Shown here piece after piece: positions 1-9,651 of a stretch of 64,000 bases of DNA (position 1 is its first letter; each line of letters starts with the position of its first letter). The notes under the pieces were generated by a model that saw only the letters and a list, made by a program, of their open reading frames with translations, made no database searches and was not told the origin of the DNA. Source of the stretch: Minutocellus sp. GHC0000111 (taxonomy: Eukaryota). A program made the position numbers and the translations under genes. Location: the NCBI GenBank assembly GCA_977018835.1, contig OZ361259.1, forward strand, positions 62,001 through 126,000. Reading direction: 5' to 3'.

Positions 1-1225
1 AGTCAAGTAAGACAAACAAAACTAGCTAGGCAAAACGGAAAGATACCGGTGCGTCTGCGTATTCTCTTCGCTCTGTCGTTTGCTTGCAGTGGCGAATGGC
101 AACCAAAGGCAGGGGACAGTGAGCATGGCTGAGGGCCAGGAGGGTTGAACAACGAACCGAACAATGAGATATGTTTGAGGCACTAAAATGCTTTCGGCAT
201 GCCACTAAAGCAACCCAATGTGAGTTGCCGATGCCGGCGTAGGCAGCAAGAACAAGGGGGTCGGACCTCAAATTTGGGGGGCTCTTGGGGGGTAGTTGAG
301 GGGGTTGTTGTTGTTTCTCCTATTTTACCCTACGTAGGGAATTGCCCGTCAGTTAGTGCGCATCGAGTTGGAACCGACTCGGTCGACTAAGTCTAGCCCT
401 CGTTTCCTCGTGTGGATCGAGATCCTGACGGAGGAGGCTGAGTTCTGTGTGTGGTAAAAAAGGACGCTCTGGAGGCAGAGTCCTGCAGCAGGCTTAGAAC
501 AGATTTTTCGACTTATGGCTTCGTCAACGTTGTGGGAAGGCGGATCTTGATTGCATCACAGGGGGTCGCTAACAAACGCTAGCTAGTAAAAAATGTGACG
601 TCACAGGCTTCCTGCACTTTAGCAACACATGTGCAGCTGCAAGCAGGGCGAAGTCAGTTAGTTAGTGAGGCCGCCGCCTGATGAGCCAAAATCCAAAATT
701 TGGGGGGTCCTGGGGGGGGGTGCCCTCTAATTCTTACTGCCTGCCGGCGAGGCCGCGCGGCGGTGCCGCCGCTTTCGCATTCGAGCTTTGCCGATGATGA
801 GCCATTTACAGCCATCTTCTTGAGAGGGCGCGGTTGCGGCTTGACCTTGTTTGAGCGTTGGGATGCTAGCTAGTGCCGGCCGGTCTTCACTGCCTGCGCC
901 ATTTGTTGAAGATGTCGGACAACGAATGCAAAGAGCGAGTCGATGAAGTGGAGGAGCTTGTCACCAAGCTCTCCGGGCAAACGACAACGATGTGAAGGTG
1001 ATTTCGATTTCGTATGAGAAATGGGAGGACATGTCCGAAGAGGAAGCCATGGTGGAAGCAATTCAAGTGTTTCGGGCGCTTGAAGACAACACCACCATTG
1101 AGGAGGTCAACCTCGAGCATTCTCCTGTTTTTGTCGACGAGTGTTTGGCAAGAGCCATCGCCCGGTCGCTGGCCAAGAATAATCAGTCTGCGGAAGATGT
1201 ATGTGTTAGTCCCAAAATGCGCACT

Positions 1226-1435
1226 GTCCCAGTTCGCGAACTGGGATCCCAGTTTGCGAACTGAGATTCATTTATCCCAGTTTGCGCACTGGGCCCCAGT
1301 TCCCAAACTAGGATCTCAGTTTGCGCACTGATGCTGCCAGAATGGAAACTGAGATAAACACGCCAATCCGAATTTGGGAACCAGACGAGTTCGCGAACTG
1401 GAACAAAAATGAATGCCAGTTTGGAAACTGGCATT
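1226..1435. repeat. Array of palindromic subterminal repeats CCCAGTT(C/T)GCGAACTGGG (left arm of MITE)
   Basis: Repeated self-complementary ~18-bp units, e.g. cccagttcgcgaactggg, cccagtttgcgcactggg, cccagttcccaaactagg, ccagtttggaaactgg. Confidence 0.85.
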
Positions 1436-1824
1436 CTCGGCAAGTGTCAGAATGGTAACTGCCGGTGTTGGCTCATGCACAATGATTATGCACTGGTAGA
1501 TCTATCTACAACACAAGTTGCACTGTGCATCATATCTTGAATTTGCAAGCTACATGTGCTGGTACAGTAGCAACATGATGCCGGCATAGCACAGATGCAT
1601 GTACAGTTCATGACTTATATTTGCCAGAAGCAGCTAGCTAGATATTATTATTTATTCACTATGTGTGTTTAGCATCAGCTAATGCCAATTATTGAGTGTC
1701 AGCTCTGGCACTAATGTCGTCTGGACGTCTGGACCAGGGCTGTGTTGCTTCACTATGAAAAAATGAAGCGAGGAGAAGCAAAGGCGATATCATCCATGCT
1801 AAATATTCATTATTTCTCGATTGA

Positions 1825-1925
1825 TCCCAGTTTGCAAACTGAGATTGTGCCTATGATCCCAGTTTCCAAACTGGGATAAATAAATCCTAGTTCGCAAACT
1901 GGGATCCCAGTTCGCGAACTGGGAC
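1825..1925. repeat. Array of palindromic subterminal repeats (right arm of MITE)
   Basis: Four units: cccagtttgcaaactgag, cccagtttccaaactggg, cctagttcgcaaactggg, cccagttcgcgaactggg. Confidence 0.85.
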
Positions 1926-3584
1926 AGTGCGCATTTTGGGACTAACATATACATTTGTTGTGCTCAGTTCGAGGGGCAAAGCGAGATGAGGATTGTCCTT
2001 GAGAGCCTCGTCAACAACAACAGAATCAAATGGGACGGTATCTCATCGCACGGCATTTGCAGCGGTTTGAACGAAAACAGTTCAATCAAAACGCTCGATC
2101 TCGCTGAGACAACGATGAACTTTTCCTCCCGAGTGCCTGTATGGGCATGTGAGGACCTCTGTAAGGCAGTTGGTGAAGGAACGAAAGTGCGCCTTCGAAC
2201 GTACGCGCATCGCAGCCTCGCATCTCTCATTACCACATACCAAAATATTGAGGAGCTCGTTATTTTCGTCCATCGTCCACTGGAAGATGATGAGTGGTTG
2301 GCCCTGGCCAAGGGAGTCTCTGCAAATAGATCGATCAAGAAGCTGGCACTTGTTCAAGACTTCGGTGTGTCGGACATGTTCGACAAGGGGTCAAGATGTC
2401 TGTTCGAAGCGATTGCTCTCGGGCCAGTTGAGAAATTTTCGTTGGAGGAGATACCATTGGGAGATGATGCTATTGGTATTATTTGCAAGGCACTGTGCCA
2501 ATCTCAGTCGCTCCGCTATCTGGAAATCGACTGCCGCATGGCTAACCACAGGAAAGTAGAGATTCCTATCACTCGAAAGGGTGCTACTCACCTGGGGAAC
2601 TTGTTACGGTCAAGCAATAGCCTTGAGTCGCTTGTTATCGACTCTGGTTATTCATCTAAGGTCACTTGTATCGGTGATGAGGGCGCAGTTATAATGGCGA
2701 ACGCAATCGCAGAACGTGGCATGAAGGCAACGGAACTTTCATTGCGAAGATGTAACATTGGTAACAGGGGTGGACGTGCCTTTCGCAACCTTCTTCTTTT
2801 ACCACATGTGAAGCTCGAAGCACTGGACCTTACGTTAAATCCATTTAGCTTGACGGCCTGCAAGGAATTTGCGGATTGTCTTCGGGACAACAGCATTCTT
2901 CAATCCTTAAACCTCGGAGGTCCAAGAGATGAGAGTCGAGAAGTTGGTGACGACGCAAGAATTCATCTGATTGGCGCCTTGAAAAACAACCACACTCTCA
3001 AGAGCCTCTGCCTCCCCTATGGCTGTGGGGATACTGACTCTTGTGTTGCGAGAAGCTGCAGTAGAACGGACAGTATTCTCCGTGAGGTTCTTATGGTAAA
3101 TCACACGCTTTCTTACCTTGGCTGCTATAATGGCGACGAAACTCTCGAGAATTTTATTTCCTGTGCCAATAGAAAGCACCCTGTGCTCGCATCGACGATG
3201 AAAGGCGCACCATTTCCCGCGCGCCTGATAAAAGACATACCAGGCATTGTAGTCGCAAATACTATTGAGCGCGCAGATGCAGTTGCTGGCATCGACGGTG
3301 TCTTTAGCTTGTTGCGGCAGGTGGGTCATGCAATCGCTACGAACGACTCATCCATGAAGAGAGCAAGAAATGACTAACTAACAAGATATCAAGGTGGTAG
3401 TTTTTGGTAGTGCAAGCGTAAATACTATGCACCACTAGAACTGTAGGGGAGATAATAATCGAATAAATCATGCAAGTTAGTTCTGCTCGATTATCTACAA
3501 AGGACCTCAACCGATACCAATGCAGATACATATCGACCGTTCCCATGCCAATCGACATTCAAGTGGAAAAATATCTGCGACAAT

Positions 3585-4600
3585 TTACTTCCTCACGAGT
3601 ACCTCGGGGACACCACTGGCATCCCTCACAACGAGAAGATCCTCATCGACATAGGTGACGTACAAATCTCGGGAGTACTGCACGGCCTGGGGCAGATCGA
3701 TCGAATTGCCCAATACGGTGGCGCTCTCGTACGTTTCGGTAAGTCGGACGGAGCTGTCCACATCCAACCGAGCGCTGACAACGACCTCGTTCTCGGTACC
3801 GCCGAGGAACTTGACCGGGACACTGGCCTCGATGCGGGGCTGCTCGCGAGAGATGGCTGTGGTGGGAATATAGAAATAATGAAAGCGGTTAGAAAAAAAT
3901 GAAGTTCAAACGAAACCGGCACATCATTTGTTGGATCGGCGTCCATCCAAAGATACTATCCGCTCCATACGCATAACCACAACCCAATTCCATCCCACTT
4001 ACAGATCTCCAATTCACCAAGCTCAACGAGGGCCTTGGGAAGCTTCTGGGCCAAGCTCAAGGCGAACAGACCGGGGCTGTATCCGCCGCTGTACAAAAAC
4101 AACGCCAGCTGACGGGTGGGGCTGGGCAAAGCCCACTCATTGCTGTATCCGCCGGCATACCGCAGAGTCCAAACGCCATTGAGCAACGGACTGAAGGCTG
4201 GATCGTCCGTGGGGTTCATCCGCTCCAGCTTGAGCAGCGCCTCGTTAATGTCGGCACGCTTGGTGGCGTCCATGGAATCCGCCCCAGCCAGGTCGGTGGG
4301 GAGCAAATCAAAGACAGAATCGACCTGCGCCTCAACCTCGTTGGGTTCGGTAGCCTCCACGTCGACAGCGGCCTCCGTCTCGTAGTGCTCCTCGGAGGAC
4401 GAATCGGACGGGTAGTCGTAATCGTCCTCGTCGGACATGCGCAGGACTGATGACGAGGAAGTGGTGATGGGTGCCGAAGAAGATGCCGATGCAGGCATAA
4501 GTCCAACCTGCGACTTGGCGCCGCCGAAGGCAAAGGCCGAGGCCGACGTGGCGCACAGGGCGGCCGTCAGGGCGAGAGTGGACACCTTGGTGCTGGGCAT
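3585..4600 (-). CDS. Plastid lipid-associated protein / fibrillin (2 exons: 4600-4003, 3856-3585)
   Basis: Signal peptide ending ASA-FA. Motifs LLKLERMNPT..P..SPLLNGVWTLRY and VTYVDEDLLVVRD. GTAAGT...CAG intron 3857-4002 joins in frame. Confidence 0.9.
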
Positions 4601-4974
4601 GGTGCGCGTATCTGCGGGGTTGGGGATCTGGAACGTGAAAGAATGGCGGCGAACGGCTACGCAGAGCGGCAGGTCTTCATGGTTGCCGTTTCGTCGCCGA
4701 TCGACCACCAGCTCAGCACGTTTATTAACGTGTTTTTTCTCAATGACCTGTTTTCGGAGTCCGAATTGAGCTGCAGAGCCAACCAGCAAGAGAAGAGGCG
4801 GCGGCAAGGCCGGAGATCGAATGGACAACCCAACAATAATAACACAAGATCTATTCCAACAGGTCTTGTGGTACCGGTACTTGTAACGATTCATAGCATA
4901 ACAAAATCACATTTGCAGCAGACTTTAGACTAGCTAGGAACTGGCTCGGCTCCTCTGCTCTTCTCTTGAGAAAA

Positions 4975-7077
4975 TCACAAGGATTCCGCGGAGGCAATAT
5001 CCCCATCCTTCTCCTTCTGCGCCATCTCGCGCAGGTAGCTCTTCTTCTTCTCACCGTCCTCGATCATCTTCTCGATCTGCTCGGCATCCTCCTTGCTCCG
5101 TTCCATGCTGACCTGGGCCGCGTGCTCATCGACGCCGACGGCATCGCCATTCGCAGCCTCGCCGTTCTGGCTGACATCATCGCCATCGCTGCTGCTGCTG
5201 CTGTCATCCTTGCCCATCCGCTTCAGGAAGCCAAGAACGGCGTTGTCCTCCTCCTCCTCGGTGTCCTCATCGAACACACCGACCATGCGCTCCACCTTGA
5301 CGTTCGTGATGCGCTTGTCGTCGGCGTTGGTCACCTCGAAGGACCAGCCGCGGCTCATGACAAAGTCACCGACGGTGGGAATCTCACCGGCACACATGCA
5401 TAGGAATCCACTGAGGGTGCTAAACTCCTTTAGAGTTTCCTCCTCGTCAAGGCTGAGGCCCAGAATGGTATTGACATCTTCCAGGTCAGCGTCGCCTCGG
5501 ATGAGGAAGGTACCGTCCTCCTGCAGGATGATGGAGTCCTCGGCAATCTCGTAGTCTTCCTCGTCATCCTCATCGTAAATCTCACCGACAACCTCCTCAA
5601 CGATATCCTCGAGCGTCACCAAACCCTCGGTGCCACCGTACTCATCGACGACGATGGCAACGTGACCTCGACGCTTGCGCATCTCTTGGAGAACGGACCA
5701 ACCGTTGGCGGTGTCGGGGACGAAGTAGCAGGATTCGATCAAGTCGGCATCCGAGATGGTCTCCTGCATCCTGCTGGCAAGCTCGGTGCCGGTGAGGGAA
5801 CGGACGTAGGCCTCGGTGGTATCACCGCTCTTGGATCTCAAGAACAACTTTCCGATGTCCATGTCGGTATCGGCCTTGCTGTCTTCGCCTTCCTCCTCGT
5901 CCTTGACTTCCTCAACGATGCCCTTTCCTCGGTATTCGTCTTCAATGAGCACACCCTTGACGAAAAAGTCCAGCACATCCTTGGCCAAAACGATACCGAC
6001 GATGTTATCAATCTCTCCATCATAGACAGGGATACGAGAATAGCCCGACTCACGAACGACGCCCAAAACACTGGCAACGCTCATGTCCTTGGGGACCGCC
6101 ACAATCTCCACACGAGGCCGCATGACCTCCTTGATGCGCTGGTCCTGCAGATTGAGTACACCCTTGATCATCTCGCCTTCGGTGTGGTCAATGGTACCGG
6201 CATCGCGGGCACCGGTCACAATAAGTCTGAGCTCCGAGTCGGAAACGCCCGACTCGCCAGTATCCTTGAGACCAAACAATTTGAGCGTCTTCTTGGCAAT
6301 GAAGGACAGACCGATGCCGATGGGACTGACGATGGCGGCAATAATGTTGATGGGCGGGACCATCACTCGGGCCACCCTCTCGGCGTTGATCACACCAATC
6401 GACTTGGGCAGCAACTCGACAAAGAAGAGAGTGACCGCCGTCAAAATGAGAGCACCGTACTTCTCTCCGTTGTGCCCAAACAGGTGCGTTACCAATTCGG
6501 TAAACATCATGGTGGCATAAATACTGCACGCCGTCGAAGTGACCAGGATGGTCGTCAGGACGCGGGTAATGTCCTCATTCAAAATCTTGAAGGTGCCACG
6601 TCCCTTCCCGTCGCCCATCTTTTCCTCCTCTTCGGCAAACTCCCGAACCTTCCACGGATACAGCGTGGTGATGGCAATTTCGGCCGCATGGAGCAGTGCC
6701 AGGCCAGCAAACAGCACGAACCAGAGCACACCGGCTGTGATGAGCTGTTCGCGCGTCATGGGGACCGAGGGCAGGCCGGCGCTGCTTTTGCTGAATCCAC
6801 CTCCACCGGCGAGAACGGCTTTGGGCCGGAAGGCAAAGCCAGCGGCCGCCACGAGCATGGGGAGGGCCGTTCGGACCAACGCGCTGCATAGCTTTTGCGG
6901 CGTTAGGCGAGCGGTTGCATCCTTTGTGCTGGAACGAAATGGGGCAGATAATTTTGACCGTGCTCGCTTCCATACCGACTTATTATTCGAAGAATTGCCG
7001 AGAATACTCCTCTTTTGGAACCGATTGCGTATTCTTTGTGAGATCTGGTGTGTGTCGAATTGATTGTCATGGAACAA
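4975..7077 (-). CDS. CNNM/DUF21-CBS-CBS-CorC_HlyC metal (Mg2+) transport-related protein; 5' end uncertain
   Basis: AAEIAITTL, FVELLPKSIG, GYSRIPVY, AIVVDEYGGTEGLVTLEDIVEEVVGEIYDE, TLSGFL motifs. There is a probable upstream intron ~7045-7209 (GTATGT...CTAAC...CAG); the true start was not located. Confidence 0.9.
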   Translation of the reverse strand: MFHDNQFDTHQISQRIRNRFQKRSILGNSSNNKSVWKRARSKLSAPFRSSTKDATARLTPQKLCSALVRTALPMLVAAAGFAFRPKAVLAGGGGFSKSSAGLPSVPMTREQLITAGVLWFVLFAGLALLHAAEIAITTLYPWKVREFAEEEEKMGDGKGRGTFKILNEDITRVLTTILVTSTACSIYATMMFTELVTHLFGHNGEKYGALILTAVTLFFVELLPKSIGVINAERVARVMVPPINIIAAIVSPIGIGLSFIAKKTLKLFGLKDTGESGVSDSELRLIVTGARDAGTIDHTEGEMIKGVLNLQDQRIKEVMRPRVEIVAVPKDMSVASVLGVVRESGYSRIPVYDGEIDNIVGIVLAKDVLDFFVKGVLIEDEYRGKGIVEEVKDEEEGEDSKADTDMDIGKLFLRSKSGDTTEAYVRSLTGTELASRMQETISDADLIESCYFVPDTANGWSVLQEMRKRRGHVAIVVDEYGGTEGLVTLEDIVEEVVGEIYDEDDEEDYEIAEDSIILQEDGTFLIRGDADLEDVNTILGLSLDEEETLKEFSTLSGFLCMCAGEIPTVGDFVMSRGWSFEVTNADDKRITNVKVERMVGVFDEDTEEEEDNAVLGFLKRMGKDDSSSSSDGDDVSQNGEAANGDAVGVDEHAAQVSMERSKEDAEQIEKMIEDGEKKKSYLREMAQKEKDGDIASAESL

Positions 7078-7347
7078 ATGAGTTAGTCGAGATTCGCGTT
7101 CGCTTCAAAAGATACGCGCATCACTTTGATATTTTGGAAGCGCCAACACCAGCACATCTTGTGTCTTTTCGCCCACATCAAGCGAAGAATACCATTCCAT
7201 GACACATACGAGCGTATTGGAGGCGAGCACAATTAATCGCGAGGTCTTTCGAGTGCTATCTTAAAATTCTCGGTTCGACGACGAACTTTTGCCCGTCGTC
7301 GTCGGCAGCTCCTACTACGAGCACTCTACGGACACACCTCTTCAAAC

Positions 7348-8064
7348 ATGACCGCCACATCTGCTTCAATAAAATGGACGAATCTGCGCAATGCCAAACC
7401 TCATGGCACATCGTTCCAACCCAGCACGACGGCTCTCATAATGATCGACATGCAGAGAGACTTTCTCGACCCAAATGGATTTGGCGCTGCTCTTGGGAAT
7501 CCGGTAGCGAATTTATCTCCTGCGATTGAGCCCTGCAAAGCGGTTTTAACGGCGGCTCGTGATGCGGGCATGCTGGTAATCCATACCCGGGAGGGTCATC
7601 GTCCTGACTTGGCTGATCTCCACCTGCACAAGAATTCGACTCGTCGTTTGGACGGTGAGATAGATACAAGTGTTGGGTGCATAGGCTCGCAAGGCAAATT
7701 GGGCCGCATTTTGGTGCGTGGAGAGCCAGGGCATGATATCATCCCTGATCTTTATCCAAAGAATGGTGAGCCCATCATTGATAAGCCAGGCAAGGGATCA
7801 TTCTATGCTACCGACCTCGAATGCATCCTGCAAGCCAAGGGTATATCGAGTCTGATAGTGTGTGGAGTAACTTCTGAAGTTTGTGTCCATACGACTGTTC
7901 GGGAGGCAAATGATAGAGGATATCATTGTATTGTAGTAGAGGACGCATGTGCTAGTTATAGACCCGAATTTCATCGCTCTGCAATGGAAATGGTATGGAG
8001 ACAGGGTGGACTATTTGGAAGTGTGACAGACAGCAAAGAATTTGTAGCGTCGTTACAGCCATAA
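7348..8064 (+). CDS. trtA: Isochorismatase-like cysteine hydrolase, triuret hydrolase (TrtA) subtype
   Basis: D-K-C triad ([20 protein letters not shown]). TrtA-type signature GFGAALGN, E before VC, ASY, QGG. Intronless, 238 aa. Confidence 0.85.
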   Translation: MTATSASIKWTNLRNAKPHGTSFQPSTTALIMIDMQRDFLDPNGFGAALGNPVANLSPAIEPCKAVLTAARDAGMLVIHTREGHRPDLADLHLHKNSTRRLDGEIDTSVGCIGSQGKLGRILVRGEPGHDIIPDLYPKNGEPIIDKPGKGSFYATDLECILQAKGISSLIVCGVTSEVCVHTTVREANDRGYHCIVVEDACASYRPEFHRSAMEMVWRQGGLFGSVTDSKEFVASLQP

Positions 8065-8140
8065 ACATTGAATAGCAATGGAGGCTATGCGATAAACTAG
8101 TTTTGATCAATTTAAGGCAAATGCACAAAATAAAATGGAA

Positions 8141-8909
8141 TTACAATGCCTCTAGAACAGTATCTGAAGTAGATGTCGAGCCAAATACGCCTCCTTGCAT
8201 CTTGACCATATTGACTGCCGCTGTGTGATTATTGGGATCAGTTGCTGCGCAACAATCTTCCAATAAGAGGCACTCGTATCCCATGTCATTTGCTACGCGC
8301 ATTGTGGTCTGCGATAAATAAAAAAGTGGGCGAACAAAAAATATGAGCAATGTTGATGATACAAATAGATTTCAATGAAATGCCATGTTATATCATCAAT
8401 ACAAAACAAAACTTACGTGCACGCAAACATCAGTTGTGACCCCTGTAAAAATAATATTGCGAATACCCCTGGTTCGCAGGATGAGGTCAAGGCTTGTACC
8501 GACAAAGCTTCCCTTGCCTGGCTTATCAATGATGATTTCACCATCGATTGGCTGGAGTTCTGGAATAATTTCCCACCCCTTTTCGCCTCGAACCAAAATT
8601 CTACCGCAGGGACCCTCGCTGCCGATCTCTGCTCCAATTTGTTTCGAGCGCCAAATCGTCACTCAGGTCGGGGAGATGACCTTCGCGCGTGTGGATCACG
8701 TGATATCCCTTCTCGCGACACTTGGCAAGCACTCGCTGAATTGGCTCGATGGGTTTGCGCGTGTGGAGCTCATACCCCATTGTGTCAACATAGCCACCTT
8801 TCGAGCAGAAATCCACTTGCATGTCAATGACAATAAGGGCAGTGTTGGAGGGAGTCAGCTTTCCATCGTAGGGCCAATTGTAGGGATCGCCTTTGATGTA
8901 CTTGGACAT
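8141..8909 (-). pseudogene. biuH: Biuret hydrolase (BiuH), frameshifted near 8657; intron 8309-8416
   Basis: DPYNWPYDGKL...IDMQVDFCSKGGYVDTMGY...[65 protein letters not shown] matches recalled BiuH sequences. The LPANK-like segment is missing, with a frame change. Confidence 0.88.
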
Positions 8910-9651
8910 GATATGTTTATTCTTGCGACCGCCACAGAAGATACCACAAGAAAGTCTTCGGCAAAGCTATTTGAACCGTCGATGATATGCAGACGTACTA
9001 CGGGGCCACTCGACTCGTTCTGCTTCTATGCTTCCGTCGATTTGCGATGAACAAGTCAGCAGAAAGCGTTCGGCAAGATCTTTATTTTTCCAGGGGATTT
9101 ACCCCCGATGCATTCAATATTTTCCGCTATAAAAACCTCGCCCAGCTACATACAAAAGAAAATTTTTTACGTTCGAGGTCTAGAGGGCACTAAATCTGAT
9201 ACAACCTGAAAATTAAAAGTAGGTAACCCCCTGTATCCAAAGAAACTCAAACTTCGCATTCGGATGCAGAATTTTGTGATCACCCATCCTCATTCTTCAC
9301 TACTAGTACCAACCAAGAACTCGCACAAACGCAGGGATCGCTCGATATCGACCCCTTGCAACGTTTGGAGAGGTGAGATATTGAGCTACGCAGCATTCCT
9401 CTAGACAGAGAGACGAGCCGATCTCGTATCTTTTGCGAACGCGTCAAATATTTCCGTCGCGCGTCGACAGTCAGTTCGCACAAGATCTTTGTGTCGCTCC
9501 TTGTTCTTCGACGATGCCTACGAACTCATCTCATTCATTTAGCTCATTCTAATAATGTTCATCTGTTCTGGCCGCACTTCTCCTTGCCTTTTTACCTCAG
9601 TTAGAATTTTCTTTCTTGTACACCCTTTCTGATCGCATTGACAAAGGCAAC
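8910..9651. promoter_or_regulatory. Divergent intergenic region shared by biuH and the permease (putative bidirectional promoter)
   Basis: Head-to-head ATGs at 8909 (-) and 9652 (+). The claim is positional inference only. Confidence 0.45.

Larger units (their letters stand above)
1202..1949. mobile_element. Non-autonomous TIR element (MITE/foldback-like) with TA target-site duplication
   Basis: ~92-bp terminal inverted repeats (1202-1293 / 1858-1949; only one mismatch in the first ~60 bp), flanked by TA at 1200-1201 and 1950-1951. The AT-rich core has no transposase ORF. Confidence 0.92.
912..3377 (+). pseudogene. RNI-like leucine-rich repeat protein, interrupted by a MITE and apparent frameshifts (possibly rescued by splicing)
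   Basis: LRR units (LxxLxLxxNxIGxxG-like: LSLRRCNIGNRG, LDLTLNPF, LNLGG) in ORF 1986-3377. The upstream piece 992-1198 has the same style (LEDNTTIEEVNL). ATG 912 is out of frame at ~970. Removing 1202-1949 plus one TA gives ...KMYICCAQFEGQSEMRIV in frame with 1986. Confidence 0.75.

Noticed and set aside
1226..1925. Palindromic repeats as a CRISPR array
   Set aside because: There are no unique regular spacers or cas genes, the context is eukaryotic, and the repeats lie within TIR arms.
4966..6891. Long antisense ORFs (e.g. 5662-6891, 18832-20046, 47470-48762, 61506-62297)
   Set aside because: They are shadows of GC3-rich real genes on the opposite strand and have no motifs of their own.
7276..7301. 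Small hairpin CGACGACG/CGTCGTCG upstream of trtA as a riboswitch
   Set aside because: A single 8-bp stem made of a common trinucleotide repeat, lacking the architecture of any riboswitch I know.
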